Source: a virus (taxonomy: Duplodnaviria; Caudoviricetes). From it: a stretch of 53,991 nucleotides of DNA. Positions 1 to 9,498 of this stretch are shown here, piece by piece. The stretch lies in IMG/VR virus record IMGVR_UViG_3300011189_000013, positions 1 to 53,991 of that record; one strand, 5' to 3'. Position 1 is the first letter of the stretch; the number at the start of each line of letters is the position of its first letter. A program made the translations under genes and the position numbers. The notes beneath the pieces are model-generated. The model ran no database searches. It was given only the letters and a program-made list of their open reading frames with translations, and was not told the origin of the DNA.

Positions 1-109
1 CTTCGTCTTCGTCTTCGTCTTCTCCACATTCAGCAAGAATCGGTAATAGATCTCCCCGCATATGAGGGTTCTTATAGGCTACTCGAATCAATTCATCGTA
101 TAAAGACAT
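1..109 (-). CDS. Partial gene (5' end) for an acidic protein with the shared LIRxA..P.L..L.PIL leader; not in ORF track
   Basis: Manual translation from ATG at 109: MSLYDELIRVAYKNPHMRGDLLPILAECGEDEDEDE; GAGGA RBS at ~116-120; runs off the window. Confidence 0.8.
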   Translation of the reverse strand, partial: MSLYDELIRVAYKNPHMRGDLLPILAECGEDEDEDE

Positions 110-130
110 CAAAAGTCCTCTGTGTAAAGG

Positions 131-158
131 GTAAAAGGGGCGGATTTATCTCCGCCCC
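131..158 (-). terminator. Intrinsic terminator downstream of tail sheath gene
   Basis: GGGGCGGA-6nt-TCCGCCCC hairpin (137-158) followed on the minus strand by TTTT. Confidence 0.7.
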
Positions 159-166
159 TCACCTAA

Positions 167-3100
167 TTAGAAGCTACTGCTAGCTCCGATTGTATAAGTG
201 ATCGGGATATATTTCAGTGGGAAAATAGGCGCATAGAATGCGGACACCCGAAGAGACGTAGGATCATTGGGATCTGGCTCTGCTCGTACCCCTTGGAAAT
301 CTACGATGATCTGCTGCTGTACAAGAGAGTTCAACAACCCCGTCAGCGCCAGCTCCACGTCCTGCGATCGAGAAGAAAGGAACTTCAGACCAATAAAACG
401 ATCCAAAGTGTTCCGACTCTGCCGCTGTACATGGTCTTTGATCGCAATAATAGAAGGCGTTGAGGTGAATCTTGACTCCGTGTTAGTCGTAAGACCATCA
501 CGAACAACGAGACTCGTGCCTCTGTCTTCTAGAACAGTGATACCTGCACCGGCCAACTTGTTTTTGTCGATATCGTCGAGACTTCGATTCAATCGACGGA
601 ACCCTACCACTGTACGACGTGTAAGTGGAGTAGCCACATCAAACTGAGGGCTTACTTGTACACCTGCAAGAGCTGCCGCGATATATGTACCGTCCACAAT
701 GAAACTTCGATCGTCTCCCAGTGGATCAGTCAGGGTCACTACAGCACTGTCGGGATATACCAGAATAGCTCTCTCACTATTCAGTCCCTGCGCAATGGAT
801 CGGGCGTCTTTTGGTAGGGTACCCGAAGCTACCCCAAAGAGGCATCGCCGCTCTTGTCTATATCTCATGCTGGATTGGATCGAAGCATGATTTACGTAAG
901 CGCCCATTACCGATGGATCTGTGGTAAGAGGTACCAAAATATCCGGAACAATCCCAGCATCAAGAGGACGTCCCAGCTCTTCCAGAGCATCAAGGTATCT
1001 CCCAGCCGGAGCCTGTGCCCCACCTTCGGATTTGAGGACCTGTTTACAACCCACAACTACCGCGCCATTCAAAATAGCAAGGTAAGAGGCGAGAGTAAGA
1101 GGATTCTCTACCGAGAGTGATCCAAAATTTGCCTGAATATCACGGAATCTAGTGAAGAGCCTTGTAGAGAAATCGACCTTCTCATATTCATAAGAGATGT
1201 AGTAAAAATCTCCAATGCTAGGCTCTTGACCGTCTTTGTGATACGTGGTGACGATAGCCGTATCACCCTCTCCAAGGCCATTCTGTACTCCTGTATCATC
1301 TACAGTCATCTCAATGCCCGGAATAGCTCGTACACTCGTACCAGCTCCCGCTGTAAACACAGAACTTACATGAAGAGTGAAATACTCAGTGTCCGGGTAA
1401 TCGGAGACGAAAATTTCCTCTGCGCCGCCACCGACTGTAAACCGGAGTCCTGTGTTTGCATCTGTATAAGTCTGACCCACGACCCCGGAGCCGCTAGATC
1501 CAGTGCCCACGGGATTGGGAGATCCCAAATCATTGAGAGCAAAAGAGTCTACGTCAAATGCAGCAATCTCATCACTTCCACTAGTACTGTCTTCAGGATC
1601 AATTCCAAATCCCGTCATGTTGAGGGCGGAGGCCGTCCCATCTTCGAAAAGAAAAGACTGAGCTGATCCGGTACCAAAGGTAGCAAACTGAATGTAAGTG
1701 CCGTCTCCTAATACAGGGAACGCGCTTACAAAGGCCAGTGTTTCTGCCATATCAGTCCAGTCGACCAGCTGCTCATTGAGGGTAGCTGCCACTTCACCGG
1801 CAGTTGCCTGTCGTTGTGCAGCCTTATCACCTTTGGAGAAGCCGAGAGCCTCATTAGCAGTCCCATCTAGAATCTCGATGGAACTATCTTGGCTGTCATC
1901 GGAAGACGTAATTCTTATTGCCCCACTCACTTCTACAGCAGTTCCCGAAGTGATTTCAGTATCTATCTTTGTTACAATTGCAGCGAGGGCATCAGCGTCT
2001 GATAGAGCTACAGTATGTTCCGTGCCATTTAAGGTAAAGATGAAGTCCAGATCTTCTGTAAGGGGAGCTGTAACTGCATCTCCCAAAAGCGTAGCACCTT
2101 TATTTACAGCACTTTCGGAACCGGAAACAGAGACATTATCCACAAAGCCAAGGGTTTCATTAGCGTTACCCTCTAGGACCTTAATAGAAGTGATATCATC
2201 GGGACCAGTAGGCACTTCACGGGAGCGAATGATAAATCTAGCGGGACCATCAGCTTCGTCCCGGAAAAAAGCTACAGCATCACCAACACCAAGGGTGCTG
2301 GCCTCTACCGCATCATTAATCTCCCCTGCAATATCAGCTCCTGTAGTTAGGCCGGTAAGGTCGACTGATACTTCTTCCCCATCCACTTCGATAATGAACG
2401 TGTCATTATCTCCGGTGATAGAAAAAGGATCCCCATCGAGGGTGTCCGACACTAAGACGGCACGACCGGCGGCGGATAGATCAAGAGCAAGGGAAGGGGC
2501 CTCCAAAACCTCTACGTGGAGAGTATCACTCTCATTTTCGTGGAAGTCATAAGGAGCTACCTCACTATTTACGAAAATAGCCGGTTCCCCGGCCAAGGTC
2601 TTGAATCGAACCCGGACCGTCTCCTCAATACCAGATGTACCGGTGACAAAGGCGTCCAGATTGGTGTTCGCTCCTGTTTTCCAATTGACATTTACGCTTG
2701 GGTCACTGAGAGCACCAAACCGAACATCGGAAAGGGCTCCGGCAAGAGTAGAGCTGGTTACCGAATAAGTGGTAGCAGACTCCGCCTTGACCGTAACCGT
2801 ATCATCCTGCAAACGGTTGTAGTAGTACGTTGCATAGATCTCGTGATCGGTGGGGATCGCCTCAGATAGAGTGACTCTACGTGTGGTAGGATCCACATTA
2901 TGTACTTCAACGGGACCACGATCTTGGGCTTCCGAGAGGGTGGAACCATGATAAATTTTCACTAGACCGGGACGGTAAGTGCTAACCGGGATACGATCAT
3001 TGGAAATTCGCTGAAAAAGATCAAGATCAAGATCAGTACTTCGACCGTTACCCAACGTCGGGGCCTGTCCAAGCACTACGATTTTGTTCGAAGTTTCGGA

Positions 3101-4402
3101 GGGTGTTACAGAACGATCAACCCAACGGTCCACTTCTTCGAGGAAAATACGATTGTCCACGAGGGACACATCAATTTGAGTTTCCCCAAAAACATCGCCG
3201 CCGGTGTGTTGCCCCGTTTCTACAGTAGCAGCCGATCCCCAAAGAAGTCTACCGTTAGCGTCTACAACATAGTCACTACCTTCTAGGAAATCTCGGCGTC
3301 CGGGACTGATACCCACGCGCGCCACATTTCGGATTCCAGTATCGGGAAGGTAATCAAAAGTGTCCTGCCACGTATTATGGAAATACTGTACTACGACAGT
3401 AGCACCCGCAACTGGTGCCTCAGATAAGGTTACAGCACCCGACTGACCATCAAGCTCCGTAGGGATTACTTGAGAACCATCTACATGCACCGTAATATCA
3501 GAGGGATCTGTAGTGGTAATACCACCATTAGTCCCGTCTACAATAGGTGCGTTATAAACGTAAAAGGTACGGTTACGCTGTGTTTTACTTCCAACCCGAA
3601 AACCTATAGAGTTGTTTGCAGTACCAGTCAGTACCTCAATAACCGCTTCGGATTCTAGCTGAATGAGATCATCACCCTGATTGTCTTGTACTACTGTAGC
3701 CCCAAAACCTGCGGCATTAATTGCGGCGTCTATCTCTCCCGCAACTTCAGCAGCCGTTCGAGTGCCTGTAGTTAAGGTGACCGGATACTCAACACCATCT
3801 ACCAAAAGATTGAGTGTTTCACTCCTCACAGAAATAGCGTAAGGCCCTTGGACAGTAGACAGAAGGATTGCTTTCCCATCTGTTACCTGCTCCGATACGT
3901 CGTCTTCAAATTCGGAATCTTCCCGATTGAAGAAATAAGTGACCCGAACATCCTCTCCGGGCTGGGGAGCAACTTGGAGTGTTATAATCCCACGCTCACC
4001 ATCAAGAGCCGCCGGTGATACTAAATTACCGTCTACCGTAACCGTGATCTTGGTTGTATCATTGGTTACAATACCACGACCGTCTCCAGATACAATAGGG
4101 AAATTCTTGACTTGGAATCGAGATTCGGCCCCAGTCTTAGTCCCCAGCTCAGGGTTGTCCCGGTTGCTGAAATCGAGAACGAATAGATCGTTCACGTTTT
4201 CATTGACGATTCTCTGATCCACCGAAGCAGAAGAACCTCTCACCATTTCGAAATCGTCACGGGCCAGCGTTTCACGGCCCGTACCTACGAAAATGGGGAT
4301 ACGATTCCCGGACGGAGGTCCAGTCGTATCATCTTCAACTTGCGTTCGGGAATAAGCTCCGGGGGGAGCGTAATTTTCAAATGGTCCAAATGATGATGCC
4401 AC
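167..4402 (-). CDS. Tail sheath protein with large insertion of repeated beta domains
   Basis: N-terminal YAPPGAY (sheath PGVY-like motif); C-terminal sheath domain (RAILVYPD, IAAALAG, LVVRDGLTT, YAPIFPLKYIPITY); 1411 aa. Confidence 0.9.
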   Translation of the reverse strand: MASSFGPFENYAPPGAYSRTQVEDDTTGPPSGNRIPIFVGTGRETLARDDFEMVRGSSASVDQRIVNENVNDLFVLDFSNRDNPELGTKTGAESRFQVKNFPIVSGDGRGIVTNDTTKITVTVDGNLVSPAALDGERGIITLQVAPQPGEDVRVTYFFNREDSEFEDDVSEQVTDGKAILLSTVQGPYAISVRSETLNLLVDGVEYPVTLTTGTRTAAEVAGEIDAAINAAGFGATVVQDNQGDDLIQLESEAVIEVLTGTANNSIGFRVGSKTQRNRTFYVYNAPIVDGTNGGITTTDPSDITVHVDGSQVIPTELDGQSGAVTLSEAPVAGATVVVQYFHNTWQDTFDYLPDTGIRNVARVGISPGRRDFLEGSDYVVDANGRLLWGSAATVETGQHTGGDVFGETQIDVSLVDNRIFLEEVDRWVDRSVTPSETSNKIVVLGQAPTLGNGRSTDLDLDLFQRISNDRIPVSTYRPGLVKIYHGSTLSEAQDRGPVEVHNVDPTTRRVTLSEAIPTDHEIYATYYYNRLQDDTVTVKAESATTYSVTSSTLAGALSDVRFGALSDPSVNVNWKTGANTNLDAFVTGTSGIEETVRVRFKTLAGEPAIFVNSEVAPYDFHENESDTLHVEVLEAPSLALDLSAAGRAVLVSDTLDGDPFSITGDNDTFIIEVDGEEVSVDLTGLTTGADIAGEINDAVEASTLGVGDAVAFFRDEADGPARFIIRSREVPTGPDDITSIKVLEGNANETLGFVDNVSVSGSESAVNKGATLLGDAVTAPLTEDLDFIFTLNGTEHTVALSDADALAAIVTKIDTEITSGTAVEVSGAIRITSSDDSQDSSIEILDGTANEALGFSKGDKAAQRQATAGEVAATLNEQLVDWTDMAETLAFVSAFPVLGDGTYIQFATFGTGSAQSFLFEDGTASALNMTGFGIDPEDSTSGSDEIAAFDVDSFALNDLGSPNPVGTGSSGSGVVGQTYTDANTGLRFTVGGGAEEIFVSDYPDTEYFTLHVSSVFTAGAGTSVRAIPGIEMTVDDTGVQNGLGEGDTAIVTTYHKDGQEPSIGDFYYISYEYEKVDFSTRLFTRFRDIQANFGSLSVENPLTLASYLAILNGAVVVGCKQVLKSEGGAQAPAGRYLDALEELGRPLDAGIVPDILVPLTTDPSVMGAYVNHASIQSSMRYRQERRCLFGVASGTLPKDARSIAQGLNSERAILVYPDSAVVTLTDPLGDDRSFIVDGTYIAAALAGVQVSPQFDVATPLTRRTVVGFRRLNRSLDDIDKNKLAGAGITVLEDRGTSLVVRDGLTTNTESRFTSTPSIIAIKDHVQRQSRNTLDRFIGLKFLSSRSQDVELALTGLLNSLVQQQIIVDFQGVRAEPDPNDPTSLRVSAFYAPIFPLKYIPITYTIGASSSF

Positions 4403-4457
4403 GACGAACCTCGCCTATTATCTGTTCTAGGATCTGCGACTGATCATAGAAACCAAT

Positions 4458-4474
4458 TATCAATAAATTACCGA
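4458..4474 (-). promoter_or_regulatory. Putative late promoter motif upstream of sheath
   Basis: Minus strand TCGGTAATTTATTGATA, matches recurrent intergenic motif. Confidence 0.55.
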
Positions 4475-4475
4475 C

Positions 4476-4904
4476 TTATGAATCGGAGGACTCTTTCTTA
4501 CCGTGTTGGATCGCATCACTTCCTAGCTTGTGTAACCGCTGGAACTTTTTCACGTCTTTTTGCTGCATCGGCTCGTACTCGCCCTGCGAATTCATTCGGA
4601 GAGGAACCTTTTCCTCTCCGCCATGATCTCTCTGTACTTTTCGTTTCCGGCTGTTTCGATCTTTGACATACTCCCAACGCTTCTTTGAGTCGCGTCCGAT
4701 GTACTTGTCATAATCCCGATCTAAAGAGTCTACTCCTGAATTTCCCGGTGTCTTGCCATTATCGAAAACAAAACCGAAATCGGAAATGCAGCGTTTTGCT
4801 TGTTCTCCACAAGAATCGCATTCCAATGTTTCTGGAACATTTGATCGGAAAAACTTCTCTATACGTAGGCCACAAGCGCTACAAGAGTATTCTACAACCG
4901 CCAT
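4476..4904 (-). CDS. FmdB-like zinc-ribbon protein
   Basis: MAVVEYSCSACG...ECDSCG...AKRCISDF matches the CxxC_CxxC_SSSS pattern. Confidence 0.75.
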   Translation of the reverse strand: MAVVEYSCSACGLRIEKFFRSNVPETLECDSCGEQAKRCISDFGFVFDNGKTPGNSGVDSLDRDYDKYIGRDSKKRWEYVKDRNSRKRKVQRDHGGEEKVPLRMNSQGEYEPMQQKDVKKFQRLHKLGSDAIQHGKKESSDS

Positions 4905-4931
4905 ACTACTCCTTATCTACCTGTTGCATCA

Positions 4932-4948
4932 TATAAAGGGATTAGCGA
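4932..4948 (-). promoter_or_regulatory. Putative late promoter motif
   Basis: Minus strand TCGCTAATCCCTTTATA; includes the stop codon of the upstream gene. Confidence 0.65.
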
Positions 4949-6735
4949 ACCCGTTCATAGGAGCCCTTCTGATCAACCACGTAAATACGAGAAAATTCTT
5001 CCAGACCATTTTCAGGGGAAATGGTTAGCAGATCCGAATCCTCTAGGAGAATGCCGTTACGCTCTGCGGCCCGCCGTGCATCTTGGTCGAAAGAGCTAGT
5101 TGTAACCCTACGGATGAACAAAGGCTTCTCTACATAGAGTTCCCAATCCGTTAATAGGCTTACTGAGATTGATGCTAAATAATAATAGTCGTCACCGATA
5201 TCGTCGTAGGGCTCCTCAGACTCGCCACTAAAAGAGGCGTTCTCTATACTGATACCCTCCTCCGCTAATTTTTCCCTACGCCACTGCCACAAATACATTA
5301 AAGTGAGATCTGCAAGTTCATTCCGTGTCATAGTGTCACGAGCTATAATGGTAAAATCAACAGACATATCCATCTTACCTCCATAGACATCAGCGACCGC
5401 AGATCTTTTTGGCTCTACTACAACCGCCACCACATCCGCATCTTCTAGCTGGTTGCCAAAAGCCAAAACCACACCGGGAATAGCTTCATTGTTTGAAACC
5501 TCCCCACCACCGATCCGATAAGGACCTCTGGAGGCTGTAGGATACTTGTAGTCCGCCACTATCACAGTACCCGGTTCAAAGGTCGTAAGAAACGTCACCG
5601 TTCCTGTAACAGGGTCTAGGGTGTAATCCCCACCCGGAACCGTCGTAGCAATAAGAGACGTAGTACTGAAAGCTTCAGTAACTTCATCTGCAATCTCCCC
5701 TACTTCCCGATTGCCCGGATAGAGGGGTATTTCTAATTCCACCCCATCTACCACAGCCCGGAACGTTGAATTAACAGGAACATGGGGCTGGACAATAATA
5801 CCCGTAGCTACTACCGCCACATACCCAGAGGTAAAACCTAGATCTAGATTGGCGGTTGACACAAGATCATCTTCAAAACGAAGGCTGCGGGATGCTGTAA
5901 TTCTAACATTCCCATCCCCGGTCTCTTCCACTTCATATTCGTCATAAGAGATACCCGCAGCTTGTATAGCAGCTTGTATATCTCCTACCACCACAGAAGA
6001 GGAGACTCCTATATTTTCATCAAAAGTAACGGAAATTGGCTCACCATTCAGCTCAAAAGCTAATACATTATTTGTACTATCAAAATCATAGGGATCTGGG
6101 AAATCAGAAGTAGCCACCACAGGAACATACCCCTCCCCAAAACCTAGTGTAAGAGAGCCTCCCCCTACATAAAGGGACTCCTCCGCTTCTAAACGAATAG
6201 ACGTCCCTGATATTAGAGGAAAAGAGGGGTGGGCATAAAGATCTACTGTACCCTCTAGAACAGGAGCATTAGACAAAATCGCCTGTTCCTCGTCCCCAGT
6301 CACAAACTTTATGATCTGTTCCTCATAAACAGTGAGCAGGGGGTCGACCCAGAACTGAAAATCTGGAATATCTCCTGCTACCGTGATATCTTCTATCTCG
6401 ATATAATAAACGCCGGGTTCCGAAGGAAAATACCCCCCATTAGCCTCAACTGCACGTGCGTCTTCTCGTATCCAATCTAATGCGGTACCCCCATGATTAT
6501 CTACATGAGCTAGCATTATGTGGGAATGGAGAGTCCCCATAAAATTGTTAGCGGAAAGGCTTTGTGGAGTTGCGCTAGCACTCTCCAAAACAATCCCCTT
6601 CTGAGGGCGCTCAGAAAAATCGTACTTCTCCTGTATATGCTTGATTATATCCCGGTGTCGAGGGTTAGAATCAAAGCATAGTTTAAGCTCCTCTACAAGG
6701 CGCTTTTTTACTGCACGTGACAGGAAATGATACAC
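4942..6735 (-). CDS. Putative tail terminator/completion protein with inserted beta domains
   Basis: Located just upstream of the sheath; C-terminal DMSVDFTIIARDTMTRNELAD pattern typical of tail terminators; shares TANxxLGF repeat with the sheath. Confidence 0.55.
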   Translation of the reverse strand: MYHFLSRAVKKRLVEELKLCFDSNPRHRDIIKHIQEKYDFSERPQKGIVLESASATPQSLSANNFMGTLHSHIMLAHVDNHGGTALDWIREDARAVEANGGYFPSEPGVYYIEIEDITVAGDIPDFQFWVDPLLTVYEEQIIKFVTGDEEQAILSNAPVLEGTVDLYAHPSFPLISGTSIRLEAEESLYVGGGSLTLGFGEGYVPVVATSDFPDPYDFDSTNNVLAFELNGEPISVTFDENIGVSSSVVVGDIQAAIQAAGISYDEYEVEETGDGNVRITASRSLRFEDDLVSTANLDLGFTSGYVAVVATGIIVQPHVPVNSTFRAVVDGVELEIPLYPGNREVGEIADEVTEAFSTTSLIATTVPGGDYTLDPVTGTVTFLTTFEPGTVIVADYKYPTASRGPYRIGGGEVSNNEAIPGVVLAFGNQLEDADVVAVVVEPKRSAVADVYGGKMDMSVDFTIIARDTMTRNELADLTLMYLWQWRREKLAEEGISIENASFSGESEEPYDDIGDDYYYLASISVSLLTDWELYVEKPLFIRRVTTSSFDQDARRAAERNGILLEDSDLLTISPENGLEEFSRIYVVDQKGSYERVR

Positions 6736-6776
6736 TTACGCTTCCTTCCTAAAAATATATTGTCTGTTCGACCTTC

Positions 6777-7202
6777 TTACCTCAAATAAGCCATCCCATT
6801 AGGCCCCGCTGCTCCTACCCCAAAATCAGAATCGAAAATATTGGAGCGTGCATGGCGTGCGGGCTTTTTCCACGAGGCGGCTTTCAGAACATCGCCTGTT
6901 TCCGTATCAATGAAAGCATAGGCTGATCTAGAAGACTTCTCAGTCTTTGCTATACGAAGATAGCGCCTACCACCTGTGATTTCTAAGACAGGAACTCCCA
7001 GTGGAAAATCTTTGTAATGCTCAGTTACAATTTTCTGAGCACCACGAATAAAGCCCTGTACTGCACGATCAAATTTTGCGGGATCTTCCGACCTACTCAT
7101 TCTTGCGGTTTTGCAAACGCTATCTAAAATAGGACGAAGATGTTGTTGTAAACTGGGCTCTTGGGCTCCCAGCTTGACTAGCTGCTCTTTAAATTTGGAC
7201 AT
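6777..7202 (-). CDS. Small protein with LVKLG leader fused to a widespread phage domain (AFID..TGDVLKAASWKKPA)
   Basis: Leader QLVKLGAQEPSLQQHLRPIL followed by KTA; C-terminal motif recognised as common in phage hypothetical proteins. Confidence 0.7.
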   Translation of the reverse strand: MSKFKEQLVKLGAQEPSLQQHLRPILDSVCKTARMSRSEDPAKFDRAVQGFIRGAQKIVTEHYKDFPLGVPVLEITGGRRYLRIAKTEKSSRSAYAFIDTETGDVLKAASWKKPARHARSNIFDSDFGVGAAGPNGMAYLR

Positions 7203-7211
7203 TAGAGATCC

Positions 7212-8189
7212 TTAGATGCCATACATATTTTTGATATCTTCGGCAGCCTCTTCCAACAGCCTCTTAGACGTCGCCTTAGCAAACTCAGAAGCCATTGTAC
7301 GCATGTTCAAATATGACTCAAACTTGTCCATAAGATCCCCACCACGGTCCCGTGACGAAACCTCAACAGGCAAATCGTGCATTCGAGCGATGTGCTCGAA
7401 ATTCTCACGAGTTTCGTGCCCACCTACATACTGCATAAGATTGGACAGGGCTTCCTCGTCACCTAATGCTCTTACAACCTCTTCCCACTTGCGCCACGCA
7501 GAAGCGGTTCGTGGGCTCGCTTGCACTGAGGACTCTTTTACAAGAGTTATGCCTCTTTCAAGTAGCTGCTTTACTTTTGCGCCGGGCAAGGGTCCCAAAG
7601 CATCACTTTCCATAACTCCCATTCCTGTGGGAGCTTTAATGGCTTTGTACCCTCTATCACGAAGGCGATTCCAACGCGGCCCTAGTACTCCGGCAGCGAT
7701 ATCATCGGGATTACCCGGATCGTATGCAATCTTATCCAAAATCTCTTTTAGATGTGGCTGGAGGTGGGGCTGCTTAGCACCAAGGCGAATTAGCTGTTGC
7801 TTAATGTTTGACATAGACCTTTTCCTTTGCTGTTGACGTTTTTTGATCTCTTCCAGTGTAAGCTTTGGCTTACTGGGGCTTTTAGGACTTCGCGGAACTC
7901 TTCTACCACCTTGCAACTCACCTTGCAACTCAGCTTTCATATCTACGTATAAAGACCGCAAGAGGTCCTTTTGCGATTGCCGTAGACTGGTATCATTCCA
8001 GTACACCTGATTGAGTATCTCTAGTGCCCGGTCTGCCGAAGCTCTTGGGATTTCCCCCCCGCCTTTGGCATTCCTCAAAAAAGTATCCAGTGTCCTATTA
8101 GAAATAAACTGGAGAACCTTAGTGAGGCGGCGGGTGCATTTGGGGGAAACCGTCACAAAACGGCCACCTCTGGAAATTCTTAAAAGCAT
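7212..8189 (-). CDS. Hypothetical protein with internal LIRLG leader (possible internal start at 7814)
   Basis: ORF; MSNIKQQLIRLGAKQPHLQPHLKEILDKIA at an internal ATG preceded by AAAGG. Confidence 0.65.
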   Translation of the reverse strand: MLLRISRGGRFVTVSPKCTRRLTKVLQFISNRTLDTFLRNAKGGGEIPRASADRALEILNQVYWNDTSLRQSQKDLLRSLYVDMKAELQGELQGGRRVPRSPKSPSKPKLTLEEIKKRQQQRKRSMSNIKQQLIRLGAKQPHLQPHLKEILDKIAYDPGNPDDIAAGVLGPRWNRLRDRGYKAIKAPTGMGVMESDALGPLPGAKVKQLLERGITLVKESSVQASPRTASAWRKWEEVVRALGDEEALSNLMQYVGGHETRENFEHIARMHDLPVEVSSRDRGGDLMDKFESYLNMRTMASEFAKATSKRLLEEAAEDIKNMYGI

Positions 8190-8190
8190 A

Positions 8191-9390
8191 TCACTCGTAT
8201 TCAGCTAGAGACTGAACCAAAAGACCTTGAGCTACTGAAGTCATAGGATCTTCGGCTTGTCTGATTTCACTGATCTCAATTGGGAATCTCTTTCGCTGCC
8301 GCTCAAAAACCTCTTTGAAAAGGTCTAAGAATCCACCGGCTAAAGAGGTCCCTCCTGATACGATAATCGGAATCGCCTCTTGCAGCTCGGTATCACTCTG
8401 CGTCTGTTTGAACTTCTTGGAAATATTATCAAGAGCGTATTTGATTAGGCTTTTGTAATAAACGACGAGCGCCTCTTCATCTCGCGTCTTAGGGGCCATC
8501 AAATCAATGCCACGCTCTTTTACGGCACATAGACGTGAGGCAGTAGAGCCTACGGCTTTAGATGCGTGAGCATCAATCCAGTCGCCTCCACGCTGCACAC
8601 TAAACTCCAAAATAGGCATCGTCATGTAAGAGAGGGCTACGTTAGTCATCCCCGACCCAAAGGAGACTCCGATCCCACTAAAAGATTCGGCGGCGCACTC
8701 ACTATAGATAATAGCCATAGCTTCATTGCCGGAAATAGGGTCGTACCCCAACTCCTCTAGGATCTGACCGAAAACCGCTTCGTGATACACAACATCTTGA
8801 TCTGGATTATCAAGAGGTACAGCGGGGATGGAATAGTAGCAAATCTCACCCTCTTCTTGGGGTTTGCCTACCACCTGTTCAATGAGAATCGACAAGACTT
8901 CCAGAGCGTCAATCTCCGAAGATGAGATCAAGCCTTTAGAGAGAGGACGGCGCACTTCTTTTTTGAGCAACTGTGCAAGCTCCAATGCGGTGTCTCCGAG
9001 AATTAGTAGCTGATCCTCGTACTCCACGTAGGACGTGCCACGGAGATTCAACATCTTTTTCCGCTCTGCGTCTACATCCAGAAAAGCATCTCGCACTCTT
9101 TTGGTTTCAATCGATCCGCCTACTTTTCGTGCAGATACCAGATTCATCGTACCTACATCCAAACCTACACCCAACTGCGCCCGGTCTTCACTCATAACTT
9201 TACTCCCGTCTTCTGTACTATCAGAACTAATTAAACCACTATCAGACCCATTTTTGAGTCCGTATTCTTTCACCCGCTTTGAGATGGTAGTAGGGCTGCA
9301 TTCGTACTGCTCCGCAAGTTCTGTGTAGGTGGCCCCCGCTCGAAGGGCTTTTTCAAGCGCCTCTTTCGGTATGTTCACTCGTCGGACCAC
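8191..9390 (-). CDS. Actin-like ATPase (MreB/ParM/FtsA fold) with N-terminal HTH
   Basis: Phosphate-1 GLDVGT, phosphate-2 SFGSGMTN, GGDWID, adenosine IIVSGGTS; N-terminal ATYTELAEQYECSPTTISKRVKEYGL. Confidence 0.85.
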   Translation of the reverse strand: MVRRVNIPKEALEKALRAGATYTELAEQYECSPTTISKRVKEYGLKNGSDSGLISSDSTEDGSKVMSEDRAQLGVGLDVGTMNLVSARKVGGSIETKRVRDAFLDVDAERKKMLNLRGTSYVEYEDQLLILGDTALELAQLLKKEVRRPLSKGLISSSEIDALEVLSILIEQVVGKPQEEGEICYYSIPAVPLDNPDQDVVYHEAVFGQILEELGYDPISGNEAMAIIYSECAAESFSGIGVSFGSGMTNVALSYMTMPILEFSVQRGGDWIDAHASKAVGSTASRLCAVKERGIDLMAPKTRDEEALVVYYKSLIKYALDNISKKFKQTQSDTELQEAIPIIVSGGTSLAGGFLDLFKEVFERQRKRFPIEISEIRQAEDPMTSVAQGLLVQSLAEYE

Positions 9391-9462
9391 AAACTGACCT
9401 ATTACGTATACAGAACCTAGTAATCCCGGTTACCTACCAAGATTAAACTCACACCCCCTGAA

Positions 9463-9479
9463 TATAAAAGGATTCTCGA
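9463..9479 (-). promoter_or_regulatory. Putative late promoter motif upstream of actin-like gene
   Basis: Minus strand TCGAGAATCCTTTTATA. Confidence 0.65.
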
Positions 9480-9498
9480 CTGCGCTGTAAAAGACCGT

